DNA of 39,783 nucleotides, taken from NCBI GenBank assembly GCA_040752415.1, contig JBFMGU010000079.1:1-39783 (forward strand). Direction: 5' to 3'. This stretch comes from Myxococcota bacterium. GTDB taxonomy: Bacteria; Myxococcota; JACRCW01. The notes under the pieces were generated by a model. That model made no database searches. It was not told where the DNA came from and saw only the letters and a list, made by a program, of their open reading frames with translations. Position numbers and translations under genes: made by a program. Positions 17,303 through 25,747 of this stretch are shown one piece after another (position 1 is the first letter of the stretch; every line of letters begins with the position of its first letter).

Positions 17303-18213
17303 CCTGGTGTTCCTTTCGGGTTGGTGCCGCCCAGGGAACCGAGCAGCTTCCGGGCCGGCTCCAGACGCGGCGAGGACTTCAATGCCGCCTCCAGGTCCGC
17401 TCGGGCTTCTTCACGACGACCCAGCGCCAGGTACGCCCGCGCGCGGGAAACCCGACGCAGGGCATCCGGCCGCCGGGCCAGGAGCGCATTGAGCTCACGC
17501 AGTGCAGTCATCCGGTCCCGGTGGGCCGCGCGCGGCTGCCCCGCCGCCTCGAGGATCTCGGCGCGGCGCAGGTACCAGTCGGCTTTCACCGGAACGCGGG
17601 GAAGGATGGCATCAATGAGGGCCACGGCCTCGGCGTGCTTCTGGCGCTTCACCAGCAGCTCGACGTACGCCCTGCGGATCACCACCGCGCCCGCAAGCTC
17701 CCCCATGGCCTGGCGGTAGGCAGCCTCGGCCTCATCCCAGCGGCCGGCGCCTTCCAGCAACCGCGCGCGCGCCAGGTGGAGGTCGGGCTCCTGCGGGCGC
17801 AGCGCAATGGCGGTGGTGTAGTCGGCAACCGCGTCGTCGGCGCGGCCGTCCGCGGCGCGGATCTCGGCGCGCGCCACGTGGGCATCCCGGGTGCCCGGGC
17901 CGCTGGCGAGGAACGCGTCCAGGTCGCGCTCGGCGCGCGCATGCTCATGCTGCGCCGCCAGCGCCAGCCCCCGCTCGAGCAGCAACGAGCGATGACCGGG
18001 AACGACGGCCTGGGCGTGATCCAGGTCGACGAGGGAAAGCTCCGGCTTGCCCTGGAGACGGTACAGCTCGGCACGACGCAGCAGCAGGCCGGGGTCGTCA
18101 GGGCTCATCTCCAGCCGCTGCCCGATCTCCGCGATCTCCACGTCCAGCCCGACGTGGGCCCACGCCGTCGGCGCGCTCAACAGGAGGAGCAGGAGGGATG
18201 CACCGCGCAACAT
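17299..18213 (-). CDS. Exported tetratricopeptide-repeat protein, 304 aa
   Basis: Signal peptide ending AWA-H; repeated TPR helices (LLLRRAELY, AHVARAEI, LHLARARLL, WYLRRAEIL); 4-nt overlap with the phosphatase start. Confidence 0.85.
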   Translation of the reverse strand: MLRGASLLLLLLSAPTAWAHVGLDVEIAEIGQRLEMSPDDPGLLLRRAELYRLQGKPELSLVDLDHAQAVVPGHRSLLLERGLALAAQHEHARAERDLDAFLASGPGTRDAHVARAEIRAADGRADDAVADYTTAIALRPQEPDLHLARARLLEGAGRWDEAEAAYRQAMGELAGAVVIRRAYVELLVKRQKHAEAVALIDAILPRVPVKADWYLRRAEILEAAGQPRAAHRDRMTALRELNALLARRPDALRRVSRARAYLALGRREEARADLEAALKSSPRLEPARKLLGSLGGTNPKGTPG

Positions 18214-18485
18214 GGCGCGGGCCCATATCCCCGCCCGGGAATGCGTGTCACGAAATCTTCCGTAGCCGGGAGCTGGAGCGCTCTGACGTCGTCACCGCCG
18301 GGCGGTCGGGCCGGCGCTTTGCTCCAGCCTTAGCGAGATTTTCGCCTCCTTAGCGTGAGCATCACGGGGGCCAGGACGACCGCGATGCGTGGCCCCGCCC
18401 GCGGCCCCGGATCCTGGCAAGGGTGGCCGCAATGTCTCGACGGGGCTGGGTCCGCCGGTGTAACCGCATGCCGCGGAGCGCCACC

Positions 18486-19286
18486 ATGACCGCCAACGAG
18501 CTCGCCACCGCCGCCACCCGTCCCCTCGCCTCCGGGCGTGCCGGGCGGCTGTTGGCGTGGGGCGCCGCGCTGGGTGTTGCCTACGGGCTCACCTGGCTGC
18601 TGACGCGCGCTTTGTGGACCCTGCTCACCGGTCCCCTGGGCATCACACCCACGCCGCTCCCCGACGCCAGGCGCGTCCTCTACACGGTCTGCTTCGGCAT
18701 CTTCTTTGCGCCGCTGCTCTATCTGCTGCCCTGCGCGCTGGCGCGTCGCTGGCTGCGCCCGGACGTGCGCACGGTGCTGCTCTATGCCGGCACCGCGTAC
18801 TTCTTCGGCTGTGGGCTGGAGATGGTGATGGACCGCGCGTTCATCTTTGCGCTGGGGCGTCCCTGCTACCTGTACCACGTGTGGCCCATCCACCACGGAC
18901 ACACCTCGGGCTCGGGCGTGGTGATGTGGCCGCTCTACGGCTTCTTCGTCTGCCTGCTGCACCAGGCCATCCGGGAGCAGCCGCGGCTGTCCTTCCTGGA
19001 GGGTGACTGGGCGCGCGCCGGCCTGCTGGCCGTGGACGCCATGCTGCTGGAGGTGGCCGCCAACCTGTTTACGCTGGTGGGATTCGGCACGTGGCTGTTC
19101 CGCTACCACGCCCCCGACCTCCACCATTTCACCACGGTGGAGGCCTTCCCCATCTACCTGCTGGGTGGCTATCCCGGGGTGCGGCTGTTGCACGCCATGG
19201 AGGCCCATCCCCGTCGGGGACGGCTCGGCGTGGTCCTGGGCGTGGTCATCGGCGTGGCGGCCTTCGCCCTGGATGGCGTGCCGTGA
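18486..19286 (+). CDS. Integral membrane protein, possibly CmpB/TMEM229-like, internally duplicated, about 266 aa
   Basis: About 7-8 hydrophobic segments; two copies of E...G..(Y/F)xYH...HH; WPLYG motif. Start codon uncertain (18423-18486). Confidence 0.7.
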   Translation: MTANELATAATRPLASGRAGRLLAWGAALGVAYGLTWLLTRALWTLLTGPLGITPTPLPDARRVLYTVCFGIFFAPLLYLLPCALARRWLRPDVRTVLLYAGTAYFFGCGLEMVMDRAFIFALGRPCYLYHVWPIHHGHTSGSGVVMWPLYGFFVCLLHQAIREQPRLSFLEGDWARAGLLAVDAMLLEVAANLFTLVGFGTWLFRYHAPDLHHFTTVEAFPIYLLGGYPGVRLLHAMEAHPRRGRLGVVLGVVIGVAAFALDGVP

Positions 19287-21347
19287 TCAGCTGAAGTTGA
19301 GCTTGCCGGTCTCGTCGCGGAGCATGCGGAGCTGCTTCTTGACCAGCTCCACGGTGGCGTCAAGCTCGCGGGCCGAGTTGCGGTGTCCCTCGGCCACGTC
19401 GTCAATGTTGCCCATGGCGCGGACCACCTGCTCGGTCCGTGCGGTCTGCTCCGCCTGCGCCTCCCGCAGCAACGGCACCAGCTCGCGGATCTGCTTGAGC
19501 GCATCACCCACCTGCGCGGAGCCCGTCACCTGCTCGCGCGTGGCGCGCTGGACCTCCTCGGCGTTGCGGGAGAGCGCGTGGGCGCCCTCGCGGATCAACG
19601 TGGTGCTCTCCGCCTGACGCGTGGTCAGCTCGGAGATGCGCGCCACGGCGCCGCCCGCGCGCTGCACCGACATCCCCGCGTCGCGGGACCGCTGCGCCAG
19701 GCTGGCGGCGGCGTCGACGATCCCCTCGATGGTGGAGGTGGAGCGCAGGGCCGACTCGAGGATCTCCTTGAGCGCCGTCCCCGCCTGGCGTCCCAGCTCC
19801 GCCCCCTGCTCCACCTGGACGGCGCCCGCCTCGATGGTGGCCGTGGCGTGCGCGGACTCCTGTTGGATGGACCCGGTGAGCTCGGCAATCTCCTTGGCGG
19901 AGTCGCGGGAGCGCTGCGCGAGCTGGCGGATCTCGTCGGCAATGACCCGGAAGGCCTGCCCGCTCTCACCGGCCTGCGAGGAGATGATGTTGGCGTTGAA
20001 GGCCAGCAGGTTGGTCTTGGCCGCCACATCCTCGATGGCGTTGACGATGGTGTCCACCCGCGCGATGCGCGCGCCCAGCGACCGGATGACCTGCGCGCTG
20101 GAGGTGGCGGAAACGCGGATGCGCTCAATCCCGTCCAGCGTCTCCTGCAGCGCCACCGCACCAGCGCGCGCGTCGGTGGACATCCGCGTGGAAAGGCGGA
20201 CGGCCTGGCGCGTGTTGTCGTCGACGCGCGCAATGGAACCGGCCATCTCCCCCATGACCCGCGTGACCTCATCCACGGCGGTGCGGATTCCGCCCAGGTT
20301 CTCCACCACCTCCATGCTGCTGGCGGTGATGCGCTCGATGCCCCGCGTGATGTCATCCACGGAGCCGGCCATGAGCTGGACGCTCCGCCCCACGTTGGAG
20401 TTGCTCTGCTCCAGCGTGGCCACCAGGGCGCCGCTCTCCTCGGCGCGGCGGCTCAGCGCATCCACCTTCTGCGCCACCCCCTCCAGCGACTCGCGCGTGG
20501 CCCGCAGCAGGTCGAAGGCGTCGCGCGCGCCGGCGCGGACCCGGTTGCTGCCGGAGCTCACGCTGTCCGCGGTGTGGTCAATGCGGCCAATGGCGGCCCC
20601 CAACTCGTCGACGGCCACCCGCACGGCGCGGTCCACCGCGGCAAGCTTGCCGAGCATGGCCCGGAAGCTGCGCGCGAGCTGGCCCACCTCTCCGGTGGAG
20701 GCCACGTTGATCTCGCTGGAGACCGCGCCTTCACGCACAATGCGGCCGGTGACCTGGGTCAGCCGGCGGATGGGGCGCACCAGCAGGGTTCCCACCAGCA
20801 GCGCGGCCAGCACGCCCACCAGCACCACCAGCAACGACGCGGTTGCGCCGGTGCGCAGGTTGGCCTGCTGCTCCTCCTGGAGGGACACCAGCGAGAAGCC
20901 GACGAGCAGCGTCCCGGTGTTGCCGGTGCGCGTGCGGACCGGGAGGACCACGCGGAGCTCGTTGTCCTGCACCACCGCGCCCCCCGGGAGGCCGCGGTGC
21001 AGGCCGGGCGGCAGCCGCTCGGGACGCCACGTCGCCAGCAACGTCCCGTCGGGTCGGGACACCGCCGCGTAGAGCGCTTCCTCGCTGCTGGAGAGGTCCT
21101 TGAGCAGCTCGCCCACGTTGGTGGCGTCGTCAAACTCCAGACCGGGCGCCACCGCGCTGGCGAGCACCTGCGCCATGCCCAACGCGCGACGCTCCGCCCA
21201 CGTGGAGGAGAGCTGGAGCTGCTGTTGCGTGGAGAGCGCCAACAGGATGAGCGAGAGGCCTCCCAGCAGCGAGCCCACCACCAGCACCAGCCGGCCGCCC
21301 AACGAGCCCAGCACGCGCGCCGAGAAGGCGGTCTCCGGCCCGCTCAC
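19287..21347 (-). CDS. Methyl-accepting chemotaxis protein (TM-periplasmic sensor-TM-HAMP-MCP signalling), 686 aa
   Basis: GTG 21347 overlaps the upstream stop; HAMP RPIRRLT...GEVGQLARSFRAM; signalling tip KTNLLAFNANIISSQAGESGQAFRVIADEIRQLAQRS. Confidence 0.9.
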   Translation of the reverse strand: MSGPETAFSARVLGSLGGRLVLVVGSLLGGLSLILLALSTQQQLQLSSTWAERRALGMAQVLASAVAPGLEFDDATNVGELLKDLSSSEEALYAAVSRPDGTLLATWRPERLPPGLHRGLPGGAVVQDNELRVVLPVRTRTGNTGTLLVGFSLVSLQEEQQANLRTGATASLLVVLVGVLAALLVGTLLVRPIRRLTQVTGRIVREGAVSSEINVASTGEVGQLARSFRAMLGKLAAVDRAVRVAVDELGAAIGRIDHTADSVSSGSNRVRAGARDAFDLLRATRESLEGVAQKVDALSRRAEESGALVATLEQSNSNVGRSVQLMAGSVDDITRGIERITASSMEVVENLGGIRTAVDEVTRVMGEMAGSIARVDDNTRQAVRLSTRMSTDARAGAVALQETLDGIERIRVSATSSAQVIRSLGARIARVDTIVNAIEDVAAKTNLLAFNANIISSQAGESGQAFRVIADEIRQLAQRSRDSAKEIAELTGSIQQESAHATATIEAGAVQVEQGAELGRQAGTALKEILESALRSTSTIEGIVDAAASLAQRSRDAGMSVQRAGGAVARISELTTRQAESTTLIREGAHALSRNAEEVQRATREQVTGSAQVGDALKQIRELVPLLREAQAEQTARTEQVVRAMGNIDDVAEGHRNSARELDATVELVKKQLRMLRDETGKLNFS

Positions 21348-21913
21348 GGGATCACCTCGCTGAAGCGCAGGAGCGCAGCGTCCAGGTCGGCGCCCTCGGC
21401 GCGGGCCTGCTTGAGGTTGATGATGACGCGCGGGCGGCCCTCGCGCGCCACCACGCCCACCGCCAGGCCGGCGCGCACCAACGCCTCGCTGCCGCTGAGC
21501 GTGAGGACGTGCTGGCGGCGGCTCATCTCGGAGATGACGCCCACCTGCTCGGAGAGGCCGGGGCACACATACAGCGCCGCCACGTTGTCCAGCGCGCCGG
21601 AGAGCTGGCTGGTCCCCTGGTAGTCCACCCGCAGCGCGCGCACCGTGCGGCCACCCACCGTGGACTTCAGGGATGCGTCCTGCAGGGCCTGCTGCAGTCG
21701 CGCACAGCTCGCGTCGCTGAGGTTGCCAGGGCGGACCAGGACCGCCACGGTGACGTTGGCCCCCGCGCGCTTGGGGAGGTTGCGGTCATAGGCCAGGATC
21801 TTGAGGATGAGCCCGGCGCGCAGGTCCGCGGGCACGTCGGCCGTCTCCACGGCGAGCGCAGCGCTCGCCAACAGGAGGACCGCCACCATGACGGCAACCG
21901 CGCGCGTCCGCAT
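21344..21913 (-). CDS. YfiR/HmsC-family (DUF4154-like) periplasmic protein, 189 aa
   Basis: Signal peptide; LRAGLILKILAYDRNL; VLTLSG...VRAGLAVGV...PRVIINLKQARAEGADLDAALLR C-terminal motif. Confidence 0.85.
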   Translation of the reverse strand: MRTRAVAVMVAVLLLASAALAVETADVPADLRAGLILKILAYDRNLPKRAGANVTVAVLVRPGNLSDASCARLQQALQDASLKSTVGGRTVRALRVDYQGTSQLSGALDNVAALYVCPGLSEQVGVISEMSRRQHVLTLSGSEALVRAGLAVGVVAREGRPRVIINLKQARAEGADLDAALLRFSEVIP

Positions 21914-21916
21914 CCC

Positions 21917-23302
21917 TCAGAACCCCGCGGCGAGCTGGACGGTGGAGCTGATGTCCAGCGCGCCACGGCCGTCCACCTGCACGCCGCCCTCCGTCTTGAT
22001 GATGACGCTGGGGACCTCGCGGCGCAGGGGATAGAACGCCGCGCCCACCAGGAACCTGCCACGCGTACCGCTGGCGGCGTCGCGGAGCTGCTGGTCGGTG
22101 ACCACCGAGGTGGAGTCCACCGTGGTGAGCACGTCGAGCTGGCAGTAGGGCTCCATGGTCTTGAGCACCCGGTAGGCGCCCAGCGCGTAGGTACCGGCGT
22201 GCAGACGGGCCCGGGGCAGGAGCCCCAGCTCCGGCGTGCCGCCCAGCTCCTGGTGACCCACCGCGGCCTCCCAGCGGAACGTCACCTCGTCCACCGCCAC
22301 GGTCAGGTCGGTGTCCAGCAGCGTGAGCCGGCGGCGTCCGTCGACGGTGTACGCCCCGGTGTACGCGGATGCTCCCACGTCGACGCCGCGCGCCAGGCCC
22401 ACGCCCAGCCGCCCGCCCACCGCCTTGTCCGGGTGGCTGAGGTCGCGGAAGTTGCGACGCATGCCGCGGATGGCGCCACCCTCGGGCACGACACCGTCGT
22501 GGGGGTCGCGGTCCGCCTGCTCCAGGCCGTTGACCACGTACACCGCGTAGTTGACGTTGCGCTGGCCTCCCAGGTCGAACTTGCCGCGCGCCTGCACGCC
22601 CACCTCGGACCAGATGGACGGGATGAGGTCGCGGTGCATCAGCGGAGAGGCCGCCGTCTTCCGCAGGAAGTCCGGGTACAGGTACTCGTTGAACGCTCCA
22701 ATGGCGACGGGAACGTAGCCCGCGCGGAGCACGAACCAGTCGGTCACGCGCAGGTCCAGGAACGCCCACGGCACATAGATCTCCGCGCCGGCGTGCTCCA
22801 TCTCCAGCGCAAACTCCGGGTACACGCGGTCATGGATGTTGCTGCGGATGACCGCCGTGGTGTGCTGCAGGTCAAAGCCCAGGGCCACCGGAAGCTGCTT
22901 GTGCCGCTCGCTCCACGCCACGGAGCCCTGCTGCGACTTGTAGACCTGCTCCGGGGTGGGCCAGGTCCCCTCCAGCTCCACGGTGAGATAGCCATGCAGC
23001 TCCACCGTCACGCCGTACTCGGCCAGGCGCAGCCCGAACGAGCCGACGTCTCCTCCGCGGATGTCCTGGCCCAGCATGGAGCCCAGGTCGAGCTGCGCGG
23101 CGTCGCTGCGCGCTTCCTGCACCGCCGGCGCGGGCGCCTCGGAGGCGGGGGGCGCCAGCGGTGTTGCCGTGGGGGCCGGCGCCGCGGCTCCTGGCGGCTC
23201 CAGGGGCACCTCCTGAGCCCGTGCCGCCACCTTCCCGCCCAGCAGCAGGGCGAGTGTTGCCATCACCCGGAACGGTCCGCCCGTCCCCGGAAGCTCGCAC
23301 AT
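21917..23302 (-). CDS. Outer-membrane beta-barrel (porin-like), 461 aa
   Basis: AAGGAGG RBS before ATG 23302; signal peptide + Pro/Ala linker; amphipathic strands (EIYVPWAFLDLR, LRAGYVPVAIG, WSEVGVQARG, YAVYVVNG, KAVGGRLG); C-terminal Phe (QLAAGF). Confidence 0.8.
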   Translation of the reverse strand: MCELPGTGGPFRVMATLALLLGGKVAARAQEVPLEPPGAAAPAPTATPLAPPASEAPAPAVQEARSDAAQLDLGSMLGQDIRGGDVGSFGLRLAEYGVTVELHGYLTVELEGTWPTPEQVYKSQQGSVAWSERHKQLPVALGFDLQHTTAVIRSNIHDRVYPEFALEMEHAGAEIYVPWAFLDLRVTDWFVLRAGYVPVAIGAFNEYLYPDFLRKTAASPLMHRDLIPSIWSEVGVQARGKFDLGGQRNVNYAVYVVNGLEQADRDPHDGVVPEGGAIRGMRRNFRDLSHPDKAVGGRLGVGLARGVDVGASAYTGAYTVDGRRRLTLLDTDLTVAVDEVTFRWEAAVGHQELGGTPELGLLPRARLHAGTYALGAYRVLKTMEPYCQLDVLTTVDSTSVVTDQQLRDAASGTRGRFLVGAAFYPLRREVPSVIIKTEGGVQVDGRGALDISSTVQLAAGF

Positions 23303-23411
23303 CGCCACCCCTCCTTGGCCTACCCTCCGCCGCAACCTGGGGAAACCCACGGTACCCCAACGATTGGACGGGAGCAAGCAATTTCTGCGGGACTCCCGGG
23401 CCCACGGTGCG

Positions 23412-23427
23412 GGGCACATGCATTGCA
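23412..23427 (+). promoter_or_regulatory. Sigma54 (-24/-12) promoter candidate
   Basis: GGGCAC-ATGCA-TTGCA: GG(23413-14)-N10-GC(23425-26), close to TGGCAC-N5-TTGCW, about 40 nt upstream of ATG 23467. Confidence 0.55.
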
Positions 23428-23466
23428 CCGAAGCATGGTCCGACGACGTCTCGGAGGGATTGCCGC

Positions 23467-24213
23467 ATGCTCCTGCACCTGCTGCTGCCCTTGCTGGTCC
23501 TCACCACGTCCCCGGATGTCGACGCCGCCGCGCGCGACGACGAGGAGCTGGCGGGTCGCGCCACCGGTGGGGACGCCATGCCCCGCTGGCTGGCCCGGCT
23601 GGCGGAGGGCGCCCCGGCCGTTCTCTCCGGCACGGTGGCGGGCGGCGTGGCGGGCGCGGCCATCCCGCTCGTCGAGGCGATGGTGCTGATGACGCCGATC
23701 GTGCTCATCGGATTGTCGGCGGCGCAGAACCCGGAAGGCTTTGGGGCCATCATCGGCCTGCTGACGTTTCTCGTCGGTGCCATGGTGGTCGTTCCGGTCA
23801 CGCTCGTGCAGGTGCCCTTCTGGGACGCGGTGCTGTTCACGCTGGGCGCGGGCGTGGTGGCCACCGTGGCGGAGCTGCGCAACCCGCGACCTTCCCTCGC
23901 GAGCCGCGCGCTGCGTGTGGCCGGGGCCTGGGCGGCCGCGCTGATGGGCGCGTTGCCGGGCCTGCTCATTGCCACCGTGCTGCTCGCAGCGGCCGCGGTG
24001 GCGGTGCCCGTCCTCTTCTTCCTCACCAACAACATCGGTGTCGCGGTGTTGCCGGAATGGGTTCCGCCCGGCGTCATCCTGGCGGGCGTGGTGGGCGCCG
24101 GGCTGGCGTTGGCGCTGCACGCTGCGCTCGCGCTGGCGTTGCGTCCCCTCATCTTCACCGCGCTGCGTCGCTGGGCCGCCTCCGCCGACAACCGGACGCC
24201 GCGGGAGCGTTGA
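23467..24213 (+). CDS. Hypothetical multi-pass membrane protein, 248 aa
   Basis: GGAGG RBS; MLLHLLLPLLVLTTSP signal-like start, acidic linker, then about 6 Ala/Gly/Val-rich hydrophobic helices. Confidence 0.7.
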   Translation: MLLHLLLPLLVLTTSPDVDAAARDDEELAGRATGGDAMPRWLARLAEGAPAVLSGTVAGGVAGAAIPLVEAMVLMTPIVLIGLSAAQNPEGFGAIIGLLTFLVGAMVVVPVTLVQVPFWDAVLFTLGAGVVATVAELRNPRPSLASRALRVAGAWAAALMGALPGLLIATVLLAAAAVAVPVLFFLTNNIGVAVLPEWVPPGVILAGVVGAGLALALHAALALALRPLIFTALRRWAASADNRTPRER

Positions 24214-24292
24214 GCGCGGGCCCGGCGCTATCGGGCGTTTGTCGGCAGCGGGTGGGCCGTCCGCACGTCATGGTCCGCGCGGAGGTGGCCTC

Positions 24293-25732
24293 GTGAGGAA
24301 GCATGCATTCATCCCGTTGGCGCTGCTGACGCTGTTCGCCGCGCGGTGCGACTGCGGCGGGACCCTGCCCAACACTCCCGGTGACGACGGCGGCAGCGGC
24401 GTGGGCGGCGACGGCGGGATGAACAACGCGAGCAGCGGCGGGTCGGGCTCGGGGAGCTCGGGTGGCAGCAGTGGCAGCTCCGGCGCGGGAGGCGACGCGG
24501 GGAGCTTCTGTGAGGGCTCGGGCCCGTCGGTGATCATCGGGAGCCCCGACGCGGGCGCCATCTGCGGCGGCGACCTGGCGCAGATCACCTTCCGCTGGGG
24601 CCTGTGCATCTGCGAGGACATGGCGCTCGCCAGCGTGCTGGAGACCGACGCATTCGACTCCGCGGCCGGCCCCTACACGCAAGGCACCATTGGCGGCGCG
24701 GTGGGCGTGAACGGCACCTACCGCAACCTCGCCGTCTCCGACATCAACGGCTCCCTCTTCACCGGCGTGGACCTGCGTCCCATTGGCGACCACGACTTCC
24801 GCGGCGAGGTGCACGTGGGCGGCGCCGCCGTGGCGGCCGGGGACATCCACGTCTTCCACGACACGTGGGTCACGGAGGAGATCCGCGGCATCCGCTGGGT
24901 CATCGACGGAGACCTGCACATTCCCGCCGGCGCCACGGTGAGCGCCGCGGTGGATGCACAGAGCGTGGTGAACGAGCCGGTCAACGTCGCGCCGCCGTGC
25001 GGCTGCGAGGAGTCGGAGATCATCGACATCGCCTCCATCATCGCCTCGCGCCGCACCGACAACGACAACGAAGTCATCGGGCTGACTCCCGACGCCTGGG
25101 AGAGCCTCACCGCGGAGGTGGACCTCACCCTGCCCTGCGGCCGCTACTACGTGACGGGGATTGGCGCGGCGGCGGCGGTGACGTTGCATGCCACGGGGCG
25201 CACCGCGCTGTACGTCGACGGGGACATCCGGCTGGCCGGCGTGCTGGAAGTGGAGCTGGAGACCCCGGAGGCGGAGATGGACATCTTCGTGGCGGGCAAC
25301 ATCGTGGCGGCGGGGATCCTGCGCTTTGGCTCGTCGGAACGGCCGGCGCGCGTGCGCACGTACGTGGCCGGCACCGAGGACATCCTGCTCGCCGGCGACC
25401 TGGACTTCGGCGGCAACCTCTACGCGCCGCGCGCGCGGGTGATGGCGGCGGGGCCCATGGAGATCTTCGGCTCCATCTTCGCGCGGTCCATGGTGGAGGC
25501 GGGCCTAGTGACGGTGCACTACGACAAGGCCGTGCTGGTGGCCGGCAACTCCTGCGGCACCGCCGACTCTCCCGACGGAGGACCGGGCATCCCCAGCGGG
25601 AGCTGCCAGAGCTGCACCGACTGCCTGAACCAGGCGTGCGTGGGCGGCACCTGCGGCGCGTGCACGGATTCCAGCGAGTGCTGCGCACCCCTGGTGTGCG
25701 AGGAAGGCCGCTGCATCTCCATCCCGGGCTGA
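24293..25732 (+). CDS. Lipoprotein with Gly/Ser linker, beta-solenoid-like domain and Cys-rich C-terminus, 479 aa
   Basis: GGAGG RBS before GTG; LFAARCDCGG; repeated short strands (LYVDGDI, IFVAGNI, GNLYAPRARV, IFGSIFA, VHYD); terminal C-x2-C-x2-C...CC...C cluster. Confidence 0.8.
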   Translation: MRKHAFIPLALLTLFAARCDCGGTLPNTPGDDGGSGVGGDGGMNNASSGGSGSGSSGGSSGSSGAGGDAGSFCEGSGPSVIIGSPDAGAICGGDLAQITFRWGLCICEDMALASVLETDAFDSAAGPYTQGTIGGAVGVNGTYRNLAVSDINGSLFTGVDLRPIGDHDFRGEVHVGGAAVAAGDIHVFHDTWVTEEIRGIRWVIDGDLHIPAGATVSAAVDAQSVVNEPVNVAPPCGCEESEIIDIASIIASRRTDNDNEVIGLTPDAWESLTAEVDLTLPCGRYYVTGIGAAAAVTLHATGRTALYVDGDIRLAGVLEVELETPEAEMDIFVAGNIVAAGILRFGSSERPARVRTYVAGTEDILLAGDLDFGGNLYAPRARVMAAGPMEIFGSIFARSMVEAGLVTVHYDKAVLVAGNSCGTADSPDGGPGIPSGSCQSCTDCLNQACVGGTCGACTDSSECCAPLVCEEGRCISIPG

Positions 25733-25747
25733 TCCCGACGACGCCGC

